Source: Aureliella sp. (GTDB taxonomy: Bacteria > Planctomycetota > Planctomycetia > Pirellulales > Pirellulaceae). From it: 64,000 bases of DNA. Under the pieces are notes generated by a model. That model worked only from the letters and a program-made list of their open reading frames with translations. It made no database searches and had not been told where the DNA came from. A program made the position numbers and the translations under genes. The stretch spans positions 384,001 through 448,000 of the forward strand of contig OY829846.1 in NCBI GenBank assembly GCA_963691875.1, read 5' to 3'. Positions 1-9,102 of this stretch are shown piece after piece. How positions within the stretch are numbered: the first letter of the stretch is position 1; every line of letters begins with the position of its first letter.

Positions 1-316
1 AACCGTGCTGAAACGACAGACCAAAAACGGTAAGCATTCATCTGCTTCGGAAGCAAACCGCGTAGCCCAAATTCGAGAGAGTTCCCATTCAAAGGATGAA
101 GGGCTACTAGAGACATCCGAACCGGCGAGCCAATAAGAATTCATCGGGAAAATTAGTCTCTTCCGCATCCCACAAGATCGCTTGAGTCTCGGAATCCGCA
201 AGTTCCTTGCCCAAAACGATTTGGCTTCGCGAGTTTCTCTGGTTCGATTTTCGAGGTTGTCATACTCGGGGAGGTAGCAGTGCTTCGCCAAGATAGGCTG
301 AAATTGACGTGCAAAA
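1..316. repeat. Non-coding repeat family 2, copy 1 (may continue off the left edge)
   Basis: Aligns by eye with ~41965-42280, e.g. GAGTCTCGGAATCCGCAAGTT vs GAGGCTCGGAATCCGCAAGTT, and TCATCGG..AA.TTAG in both. No credible ORF. Confidence 0.7.
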
Positions 317-431
317 TCGATTGTCCGTTTCGGAGCAATCGCATCCTGCGCACAGACGACGGGAGCGTGGATCGTTGCGAACACTGAAAAAACACCTGCA
401 GCGAGCCATCGCAGCGGGAAAGCCTGAAATC

Positions 432-1802
432 TCATTTTGCCTCCGATGACTTGAGTGAGTCGGTATAGGCTTTGGCGTCGGCTGCAAGTTGGGCAAGGCT
501 GGGATCTGCTTTTTGCTCGTAGTCCTTAACGGACTTACCGGCGTCGACAACGGCTCTGTTGCGGGCTTGGAACTTGGGGGAGTCATTCAGAGCCTTCCGT
601 TTCGTATTGCGTTCTTGGACGGCAGCATCCACGCTTCTGAAGGCTTCAGGAAAACGGGCTTCGAGGGCGGCCTGACACTTTGCCGTTTCGGTTACCAAGG
701 CGGCGAGTTGCTGGTCACTGGCCGCTTCCAGCGCGGCACGAACCTGTCCAAGTTCAGAAGCGAAACGCTGCTTCGCCGTTCCACTCTCTTTGAGACGCGC
801 GAGCTCGGGTTCGGTCGACAGGACGTATGCGTCCTCCGCCTTCCGCGCTTGGTTCACCGCAACCTCCATTCGTTTGAATTCAGGATCGGATGCTTTGAGT
901 TGTTGTTTCTTCTTCGCGATGAGCTTGGTCAGTTCTTTGTGCGAGGCAAATGCGTCGGAGTAGTCGGCACGTAGAGCGGCTTGGAGCCTGTCGTGTGTGG
1001 CCACCAGATCTCGGTAAGCCTGATCCGTGAGAGTCAAACGCGATTTGAGATTCACGTAAGCGATTCTGTAACGCTCGAGGGCATCACGGTTGACTGGTTC
1101 ACGGGTAGTTTGAACTGCGGTGCGTTTCCTGCGAGTCTCAGACCAGTTTGCGCGCTGACCGGTAGCCTTCCAGACGCGAACATTGTCGATCGATGCGCCG
1201 GGCAAATCGAACTGGAAGGCGAAGTACTTGCGAGTGCGGTTTATGATGGGGTGACGGCCGATGACGAATTCTTTGTCGCTCAAATGCGCAACTATTTCGT
1301 CGTCCCAGTATTCCACCGTCATCGTCTGCCACTGGCCCGGGCGAGGTTGGCGGACGCATTCGCCAAGGTGAGCGGGCACAATTCCAGCGTCTCGATCGAC
1401 GGGCGTATTGAGTTGAAAGTGCTCTCGATAAATCTGCGTGACGCTGTTGTAGCCGCCGCCGCTACCAGTCACGAGCCGAAGGTCAGTCGTCTTGCCCGAC
1501 AACTTGAAGTCGAACTGAATGATCGTATTGTGGAAAGACGGATCTTTCAGGAAGACGCGTTTGGTTTCCGTCGGATTGACGTTTGTACGCAAGAGAGCTC
1601 CGTCACGAAGTGCAAAATCGGCCTTGAAGCCCCAGCGTTCAGAGACAGTCTCAGGGTCGAAATCTTCCGAGAACATCAGCTTGCCCGGAACACACATCAC
1701 GGTCTCCGGCGGAGCGGCGTTCTCAGCAATTGCAGATGCAGAAACCGCGAAGACACTGAGAATTAAGTGTAGAGGAACTTTCCTCACGATGTTGTTGCGC
1801 AT
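432..1802 (-). CDS. Secreted hypothetical protein: N-terminal beta-sandwich (LamG/DUF1080-like) domain plus helical C-terminus
   Basis: ORF 432..1832. Start near MRNNIVRK is uncertain. Signal-like LILSVFAVSASAIA; PGKLMFSEDFD...IDNVRVW pattern; Ala/Lys/Glu-rich helical tail. Confidence 0.75.
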   Translation of the reverse strand: MRNNIVRKVPLHLILSVFAVSASAIAENAAPPETVMCVPGKLMFSEDFDPETVSERWGFKADFALRDGALLRTNVNPTETKRVFLKDPSFHNTIIQFDFKLSGKTTDLRLVTGSGGGYNSVTQIYREHFQLNTPVDRDAGIVPAHLGECVRQPRPGQWQTMTVEYWDDEIVAHLSDKEFVIGRHPIINRTRKYFAFQFDLPGASIDNVRVWKATGQRANWSETRRKRTAVQTTREPVNRDALERYRIAYVNLKSRLTLTDQAYRDLVATHDRLQAALRADYSDAFASHKELTKLIAKKKQQLKASDPEFKRMEVAVNQARKAEDAYVLSTEPELARLKESGTAKQRFASELGQVRAALEAASDQQLAALVTETAKCQAALEARFPEAFRSVDAAVQERNTKRKALNDSPKFQARNRAVVDAGKSVKDYEQKADPSLAQLAADAKAYTDSLKSSEAK

Positions 1803-2105
1803 TCTGAGTCTCATGTCTTCCCTACATTCCAACTGCCGGTGGGAAGCTCGGTCGTTCCCACACCACTAAATACCACTACCAAGCACGAGGCAACGCGGCA
1901 CATCATGCTCAATTCTTCAGAGCCGCTAATTGCTTCCTCACCATCGCCGACTGTTTTGCATCCAGTATTTGCCAGCAGGCGAGTCCGTTGCCCACGAGGT
2001 CCCACTCGTCGAAATCCCATACAACCCTTTTGTCCTTTGTGATTTCGAAAATCTGGGGATTCTGTTCGCCGGCATGACAATTTCCGGCGTGCCGTCGTTC
2101 CGACT

Positions 2106-3764
2106 CCGCCCCGTGCTAAAAGTTCGCTCGACTGAAACTACGGGTGGGAATGAGTAGTTTTCTTCGAGGAGAAGCCAGGGTCGCGCGGTACAAACAAAGT
2201 GCGCAAGCGAAAGTCAGCAGAAATCGAGGTCGGAACCGAGTAGAAGCATCCAAGAAGTGATGCTGAAAGTCAATGGTTGGGAGGTTGCTCGGGGCAATGT
2301 CGCATTGGGCGTGTATCGGCAGCGCTGGTATTTGCTCCCCTGCCCTTTTTCAATTGACAAAGCAGCGCGGCGGTACGATTTGATCACACCCCCAAGTCGT
2401 TCTCTGCAGACGATCTTCTCAAGCTAAATCGTCTCCCACTCAGGCGCGCGTGTTTGCTCACACGGCGGCCGATGGTTTCGATGGGAGTGAGGGCTTGCCT
2501 CGTTGTAGTGTTCGAAAAACCCGCCAACAAGGTAGTCGAGATGATCTTGGCCAGAAGCGATAAAATGGTCGGGACATTCGGTTTTGATTGTCTGCACAAA
2601 ACGTTCGACCCTGGCGTTGAGATTGGGTGAGCGAACCGGAAGCTTCTTGCACACGACTCCCGCATACTTCAAGGTCGATCGAAAGTCACCTGAGGACTTG
2701 GTGTCCCGGTCGTCGATCAATATCGTAGGACGATGCTCTCGATCTTTCGTCAGCCTGACGAAGGTCTCAGCCTGCTCGAGTACCCAAGCGTTGTTGGGCT
2801 TTCGAGTGCTCTTGGAGACGATGACCTCGCGGCTCTCAAGGTGCATGAATACCAGGACATAAAGGTCGACGATTCCTTTTGCCGTCACCGCACGCTCGGT
2901 AAAGAAATCACAAGCCCATAGGGTCTGGGTATGTGCCTTAGAGTAGTTGTCCCAAGTCCCCTGCCGTCACTTCGGGCTTGGCTCGATGTTCTCGTCCTTC
3001 AAAATGTTCTTGACCGTTTGTCGGTAGATACGAGAGATGCCCAGACTGCGAAGTTCTCCGAGGATCTTCGTATAGCCGAACCCGGTCTCTCGAGCGTTCT
3101 TGAGGACGAGGTCCAGCAGCACCTGGCTCTTGCCTCGTGGCTTACTTACAGAAAGCTTGCCGCGTTTCGCTTCCCATCGCCAGCGGTAGAAGGTGCCAGG
3201 GGTGACGATCGAGATCAGTTCTTCGATCGCAGCACCGAGCGGCACACCAAACTTAAGAAACCGGTCAAGTTCGTAGGGACGTGTGTGAACTTGCCCAGGG
3301 ATCCTCGCACGAAGTATTTGGTTTTCTTCGTTCAAATAACGGACTTGGCGACGGAGATGCAAGTCGGAAGCACTGGCGATCAGGGCCAGCAGCGGATGAA
3401 ACATCTTGGTCACGGGAGGTCGTTGTTGTAAACTCTAAGTGGTTCGGTCATCGGGGGGAGCAGTTGGTTTGTACCCCGCAGACAGGATGATTACCGATGC
3501 AGTGGCCGTCCATTTCAGACCGTGCCTGAAGGCAGTCCACCTGAGTTAACTGATCCACCCCGTTTCGGGCGATGGAAAAAGTCGCCCATCAGGTTAACTC
3601 TGTTTGGCAGGTCGCTGTTTACGTATTTGGCTCAGTTTCTAATCCGGTTGCCATCGCTAAAGAGCGACCGAAAGCGACTCGAAATCAGCAAGTGCTTTGC
3701 TGGTGAGGATTTGCAATAATCGATCTCTCGAGAGTCGTTACAAAGAGAGTTTTGTACAGGGAGG
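2106..3764 (-). mobile_element. IS-0: degenerate DDE/rve-integrase IS element
   Basis: Ends CCGCCCCGTGCT (2106-2117) and TGTACAGGGAGG (3753-3764). Inner IR pair GGTACAAACAAAGTGCGC (2187) / GAGCAGTTGGTTTGTACC (3458-3475). Encloses a broken transposase. Confidence 0.75.
2360..3413 (-). pseudogene. rve integrase-core transposase, split by a stop and a frameshift
   Basis: Fragments 2967..3413 (FHPLLALIA...GYTKILGEL) and 2424..2888 (DRDTK, NARVERFVQTIKTEC). CRERLGGVIKSY lies in another frame near 2360-2415. Homologous to 23431..24525. Confidence 0.9.
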
Positions 3765-3884
3765 TGGTCTGCCCTTGTCTGCGGTAGCATTGTGTTCATT
3801 CCGTCTATTCGTCGCGAAATCCCGCGGCTGATTCTTGGGCCACCGGTAGTAGTCAAGTGAGGAGAGTAAAGCGTCTTGAGTGAC

Positions 3885-4439
3885 ATGCCCACAAATCAAT
3901 CCGGCAACGAGGACTCATATCGTGCATTCATGCGGCTGTTTATGCGGCATGAGGGTGTGTTGCGCAGTTTTGTCCGCACCTTGCTGCCATCGTGGGACGA
4001 CGTGGATGAAGTCATGCAAAACGTGAGCATCGCTGCGTGGACGAAGTTCGATCGGTTTGATCCGGAGACGGAATTCGCGAGGTGGGCGGCGACCATTGCG
4101 CGTTATGAAGTGCTCAGCTATCGCCGCACCAGGGCACGGGACCGGCTTGTATTTGATGAGGACATCATCGAACTCCTCGCTGACGAGTGCCAGGACGAAT
4201 TCGCTCGTAGCGAACAAGAACGCCAGGCGCTCGACGGTTGCCTGAATCAACTCCCTGAGCATCAACAACAACTGCTCCTGCGCGTCTACACGCCCGGCCA
4301 GAAGATGAAGCCGATCGCGGAAGAAGTCGGTGTGACGCCGAACGCGTTGTATAAGAAACTGGGGCGTCTGCGGCTGATCCTCTTGAGGTGCATCGAAAAC
4401 ACTTTGAAGGGCATTGATCCGAAAGGAGAGCTGACATGA
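3885..4439 (+). CDS. ECF sigma-70 factor (Rhodopirellula/Verrucomicrobium type)
   Basis: Region 2 (DVDEVMQNV...FARWAATIARYEV) and region 4 HTH (IAEEVGVTPNALYKKLGRLR). Confidence 0.92.
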   Translation: MPTNQSGNEDSYRAFMRLFMRHEGVLRSFVRTLLPSWDDVDEVMQNVSIAAWTKFDRFDPETEFARWAATIARYEVLSYRRTRARDRLVFDEDIIELLADECQDEFARSEQERQALDGCLNQLPEHQQQLLLRVYTPGQKMKPIAEEVGVTPNALYKKLGRLRLILLRCIENTLKGIDPKGELT

Positions 4440-5392
4440 CCGATCCCGCAGGCTGGCAGTTGATTGAAGACTGGCGAAACGGCGTGATCAGCGATGACGA
4501 ATTTGCCTCGCTGCAGGACCTTCTGCGTGAAGATCCCGAAGCTCGTCAAACACTGCGTCGTTCGATGACGATGGATTCCGCGCTTCGAGATCGGGCGGAA
4601 GCTGAACTGCTTGCAGTTGAGGCTGACACGGAGGTTGTTGGGAAACCGACGAGTGATCTATCTGCGTCCAATCGTCCACGTTGGCTTTCCGCGGCAGCAT
4701 TGATTGCGATGGGGTTGTTTGCTGGCTGCCTGGGCACGGGCGTGGCCTGGGCTTATGCCAATGCGAACTCCGTATCATCCGTCCGTCTTCCTGTCTCTCT
4801 GTGGAATGGCGGGTTCGAATCAGCGACTGAATCGGCAGCGACCGGCTATCCCGACGGACCGGGATTCTGGAGCGGAGACCAGGTAGAAGTGGTGGAGTCG
4901 GGGCACCAAGGCGTGAGTAGTTTTGAAGGCCGGCGCATGCTGCGTTTCGTTCAGACCTGGGGAGATGAACCAGAGAGACGTGGAGCTCGTTCCAACCAGT
5001 GGCAGGTCGTTGACCTAACCCGTGTCGAGAAGGGTGGCGAAAACCTGATGGCCACTTTGAGAGCGCGCTTCAATCGCATTGATGCGGGTCCTGACACAGA
5101 CACGGTGTTTCGCATTGAAGTCCAGGCCTTCAGTGGCGATCCCTCTACCGCAGAGGCCCAATATGACTCGGAGGCTTACCTCTCCGGAGCCATTCTTAAG
5201 AAGAGCACAGACAGCGATCCGCTGACCTGGGAGGAATTGCAAGTCGCCACCAGCGTGCCGCGCGAAACCGACTTTCTGCTGATCGGCTTCTACGCCCACG
5301 AGGATGTGGTCGATGATCCGCCAACCGCACCGGAGTTCGCGGGGCACTACGTCGATGGCGTGGAGCTGGAACTCTCCACGATCAATCCATGA
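4436..5392 (+). CDS. Putative membrane-anchored anti-sigma factor with extracytoplasmic jelly-roll domain
   Basis: ATGA overlap with the sigma gene; N-terminal ISDDEFASLQDLLREDPEAR; single TM segment; NGGFES...GHYVDGVEL domain. Confidence 0.75.
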   Translation: MTDPAGWQLIEDWRNGVISDDEFASLQDLLREDPEARQTLRRSMTMDSALRDRAEAELLAVEADTEVVGKPTSDLSASNRPRWLSAAALIAMGLFAGCLGTGVAWAYANANSVSSVRLPVSLWNGGFESATESAATGYPDGPGFWSGDQVEVVESGHQGVSSFEGRRMLRFVQTWGDEPERRGARSNQWQVVDLTRVEKGGENLMATLRARFNRIDAGPDTDTVFRIEVQAFSGDPSTAEAQYDSEAYLSGAILKKSTDSDPLTWEELQVATSVPRETDFLLIGFYAHEDVVDDPPTAPEFAGHYVDGVELELSTINP

Positions 5393-8300
5393 AGTATTCC
5401 ATTTTCACACTCATTCAGAGTCCGAATCGATTGCCGACTATGAGAATTCTGTTGTTCACCCTGTGTGCCGTTCTGTTGTCATCAAACCCGCTTTTCGCTG
5501 ACAAGAGTCTGAAAGGATACCCCGATGGACACCAATGGTTCAGCGGGACTTTTACCGGTCTGGATGACGGTTACCTCGTCATGAAACGGATGGGTGAAAA
5601 GTATCTCGTCAAACTGAACCAGGACACGCCCATCATCGGCCAATTTCGTTCATCCGGACCACTGATCGATCGTGAGAAAGGAGTGATCAATTACCTGCTC
5701 CTCCAGGCACCGACGGGGCATCCACTGGTGAAAAAAGTCAGCAAGAAGAACATTGCTACGAGAAAGCTCGGCGCGAATTGCCATGAGGATGGTGCCGGTC
5801 GACATCACAAGCACATTAGTGGATGGAAGCCCGGGGAGCTGGATCCCTATGGCGATGTTCTGGAAGTGGTTGGCACCATCGAAGGCAATGTGATTACGGC
5901 GCACACCGTCTTCTTCGAGCCGGTTCTCGATTGCTTTGAAGCCTTTGATAAGAGCTTGCCGAGCGTACTGAACATCGGCGACTCCATCTCGCTGGGTTAT
6001 GGCGGAGAATTGCGCAGGCAATCCGAGGGCAAGCTCAACATCGACCACCCGCGTCTCAATTGTGCCGGAATCCACATCAACCCGGTCTGGTTCGGCGCCT
6101 ACGATGAGCCGGGGCGTGAATGGGATATCGTTGCTTTCAACGGAGGCCATTGGAATAGCAATCTTCCCAAAGAAGAATACATGGAGTTGTTTGAGGTATC
6201 ACTCAACCAAAGCATCAAGGCAGGCCGGCAGGTGATCTGGATCACGACCGCTCCGGTCCCGTTCGGCTACAACGTGGCAGACAAAGGGACGACCAATGGG
6301 GTAGATGCCATATTGCCGGAAGACCAATGGCGCAGCATCCAGTTTGCCCATCCCAATATTCAGAATGAGCGTTGCGGTCGCCAGGCAGGGCGGATGATGG
6401 CGCAGAATCACTGGGTGAAGCCGATCCTGGACAAGTATCCGCAGGTCGCGGTGTGCGATCAGTGGGGCCTAGTCTATGCCCGGTCAAAAAGCAAAGCCTC
6501 GCCGTTTGCCACTTGGATGCACGGCAAGAACGTCCATTTCAAGTCCACCGAAATGAACGAGGAACTGGCCGGAATGATCGTTGAATTGTCCCTCGTGCTC
6601 ACGGGTACGAAATCCATGGAGGAGGTTCCAGAGCGCTTTCGGAAGTTCCTCCACGCCAGTCCCGAAACCTACAACCCGCCAGCCGACTTCGACAACCCAA
6701 CTCCACTTGAACAACGTTACCGGTTCCCGGGGCAAGAGCCGGTCACGATGACGACCAACTCTGGTGAAGGCACGACGACGACTCCAACCGCCAAGCGATC
6801 AAGCAAGGAAGATCCCTGGTGGACGAGGCCCGAGTATCGCCTGGATGCGACGGTTGTGAATTACGCTGAGGCGGAAGGTCGAAGTGCCGAGAGACGCGCC
6901 AAGAATCGAATCGCGCTTGCCGAGAAGGATCTCAAGCAACATGAGCAATGGCTCGATAGCGGCGAAGTGCCAGTCGAGCAGGTGGAGAAGGCGAGACTCA
7001 TTCTGGAGCACGCCAAACAGGTGCACGAGGGGTTTGGATTGCGTCGTGCTTCGGCCGCTTCAGCTTCAAGCGACAAGAAGACATCTCCTATCAAAGCCTC
7101 AGCGCCTACGGTTGACGCGGATGCCGATCCTTTGAGGACTTTTACCGACAATCAAGGAAGACGCATTGAAGCGGAGGTGGTCGAAGTCGCTGGAGACACG
7201 GTCGTCCTCCGGATGAAGGGGAGAAACTATACGATCTCTCTGTCCAGGCTTTCCCTTGATGATCGGGAGTATCTCCGCCAGTGGAATGCAAAGGCCCCGG
7301 CATCCGTTCCCAGCAGAACGAAGGCTTCTCCATCTAGCGAATCCGCTGCCAGCACCTCCGTAAGAACTTTTACCGATACGGCCGGAGGAAAAGTCGAAGC
7401 GGAGTTGATAGCGGTCGCAGGCGACAAAGTGACCCTTCGTATCAATAAGAGAAATTTGATCTTCCCCCTCGCGAAGTTCTCTACTGCTGATCGAGGATAC
7501 ATCAAGCAGTGGTCGGTACCGCCGACACGATCCAAAACGCCAACACCAGATCCTGTCAAGGAGATGGCTCCCGACATTGAAGCTCCAATTCAACTCGGTA
7601 AGAAGATCAATCGCAGCGATGAAGAAGCGCTGAAGCATCTCGATCCGAAGTGGCACGATGTGCAGCCCCTGCCCGAGACTTTCCCTGCGGATTTCAAGTT
7701 GCCGCTCACCGGCATCGTCGATAGCGGCACAGGAGAAAGCTACGACTTCAACCAGCCAATCTCGTCCGACGTCCTGGCACGACTGCAAGCCAAGGGCAAG
7801 GAAGCCATGCTACACCGGTTCTACTTTGCTCCCCGGGATCCCCGCTACAAAGCAGGACCGGGACTGAGTGGCCGGGAATATCTTGAGGATGCGAAGAACG
7901 GCACCGTTCGCGAAGACCTCGGCCACGTCGCCTGGATTTACGGCGAGTTGAAGATGAATCTGATGGCCGACTACTGGCTCTATCGAATCACCAAGGATTC
8001 CTGGTTCCTCGAAGACATCATGGCTTTCGCCGATGCCAACCAGACCATGCTCGAGCAAAATTCGAAGCTCTTCCTCCCCAACGGCCAGCGGGAAACCGGC
8101 ACCTTCGACCACCGGACCGGCACTCAGATTCAGCACGTGCATGCGCACTTCATCTCCGCACGACTGCTGATGGAGCGGGTCATGGCCAATGGCGGTAAGG
8201 CCAGCGATCCGGATTATCTCAAGGCGAAGCAGTACTTCGATTTTGCCTGGGGCCTGGTTGGAGAAGAGATCATGGGACCCGCCCCTGAGACTTATGGCCG

Positions 8301-9090
8301 CCCGAAGAACGGCAAACCCGCCCCGACTTTCACGCCCGGCCCCTCTTACAATTATATCCTCGAAACCTTCGACATCCCCGAGTTCCTCGCCTTCAAGATC
8401 GAGTATGAACCCTGGAATGGCTCAGCGTCTCGCTATCTTCCGCTGGTGCACGCAGCCCTGGCTGCGGAGGACCTGCACCGGGTCAGCGGAGAGGAGAAGT
8501 ATCTGACACTGAGTCAGACCTTGCAGCGATTCGTTCAGGCCTACATGCACATGTTCCAGAAAGGGAATCACTGTGTGATCGACAAGGAAGGCCAACCCTA
8601 CATCTGGGTCTACCACACCCCGGGACGGGATAGCGGCAACCGGGAGAATCCTCAAGGCGGCTTCTTCCGCGGACATCCGATTTTCGGCGGCGAGGACAAC
8701 GGGCACAGCGGCGCCATGGCCAGAAACCTGCCCTACGTCTGGGAAGCGGGACCGCGTTTCGGTTGTTCCACCGCCCTGATGGCTGCCTACGCCAACTCCA
8801 TGGCCGAGGTCCTGCACAACCCCAGTTCCAGGAAAAACGGGAAGGTTCATTTTCGTAGCCCCATCGACAGCCCCTGGACGCGTGCCAAGCACCGGCCCTA
8901 CGCCGCGCCGGGGAAACACCCCGGCACCCTCTACGTGGAGTGCCTCGCCTTTTCGCCCGACCTGCTCTCTGGCATCCGGAGCTGGCATGGCAAGGATCAG
9001 AATTACGATATGCCCAAGGCGAACCGCTTCGATCTGCAAGTCGAGGTGTCGCGCTATCTTTATCAGGAGTGGAAGAAGCGCAGTAACTGA
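5389..9090 (+). CDS. Large secreted multidomain protein: SGNH/GDSL domain, 2x SHD1, uncharacterised C-terminal helical domain
   Basis: IGDSIS / FNGGHWN / NVHF SGNH blocks. Two RTFTD..G..(I/V)EA...D..YL/IxQW SHD1 repeats. Ser/Thr/Pro linkers. Confidence 0.8.
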   Translation: MKYSIFTLIQSPNRLPTMRILLFTLCAVLLSSNPLFADKSLKGYPDGHQWFSGTFTGLDDGYLVMKRMGEKYLVKLNQDTPIIGQFRSSGPLIDREKGVINYLLLQAPTGHPLVKKVSKKNIATRKLGANCHEDGAGRHHKHISGWKPGELDPYGDVLEVVGTIEGNVITAHTVFFEPVLDCFEAFDKSLPSVLNIGDSISLGYGGELRRQSEGKLNIDHPRLNCAGIHINPVWFGAYDEPGREWDIVAFNGGHWNSNLPKEEYMELFEVSLNQSIKAGRQVIWITTAPVPFGYNVADKGTTNGVDAILPEDQWRSIQFAHPNIQNERCGRQAGRMMAQNHWVKPILDKYPQVAVCDQWGLVYARSKSKASPFATWMHGKNVHFKSTEMNEELAGMIVELSLVLTGTKSMEEVPERFRKFLHASPETYNPPADFDNPTPLEQRYRFPGQEPVTMTTNSGEGTTTTPTAKRSSKEDPWWTRPEYRLDATVVNYAEAEGRSAERRAKNRIALAEKDLKQHEQWLDSGEVPVEQVEKARLILEHAKQVHEGFGLRRASAASASSDKKTSPIKASAPTVDADADPLRTFTDNQGRRIEAEVVEVAGDTVVLRMKGRNYTISLSRLSLDDREYLRQWNAKAPASVPSRTKASPSSESAASTSVRTFTDTAGGKVEAELIAVAGDKVTLRINKRNLIFPLAKFSTADRGYIKQWSVPPTRSKTPTPDPVKEMAPDIEAPIQLGKKINRSDEEALKHLDPKWHDVQPLPETFPADFKLPLTGIVDSGTGESYDFNQPISSDVLARLQAKGKEAMLHRFYFAPRDPRYKAGPGLSGREYLEDAKNGTVREDLGHVAWIYGELKMNLMADYWLYRITKDSWFLEDIMAFADANQTMLEQNSKLFLPNGQRETGTFDHRTGTQIQHVHAHFISARLLMERVMANGGKASDPDYLKAKQYFDFAWGLVGEEIMGPAPETYGRPKNGKPAPTFTPGPSYNYILETFDIPEFLAFKIEYEPWNGSASRYLPLVHAALAAEDLHRVSGEEKYLTLSQTLQRFVQAYMHMFQKGNHCVIDKEGQPYIWVYHTPGRDSGNRENPQGGFFRGHPIFGGEDNGHSGAMARNLPYVWEAGPRFGCSTALMAAYANSMAEVLHNPSSRKNGKVHFRSPIDSPWTRAKHRPYAAPGKHPGTLYVECLAFSPDLLSGIRSWHGKDQNYDMPKANRFDLQVEVSRYLYQEWKKRSN

Positions 9091-9102
9091 CTTCCCCAAA
9101 AA

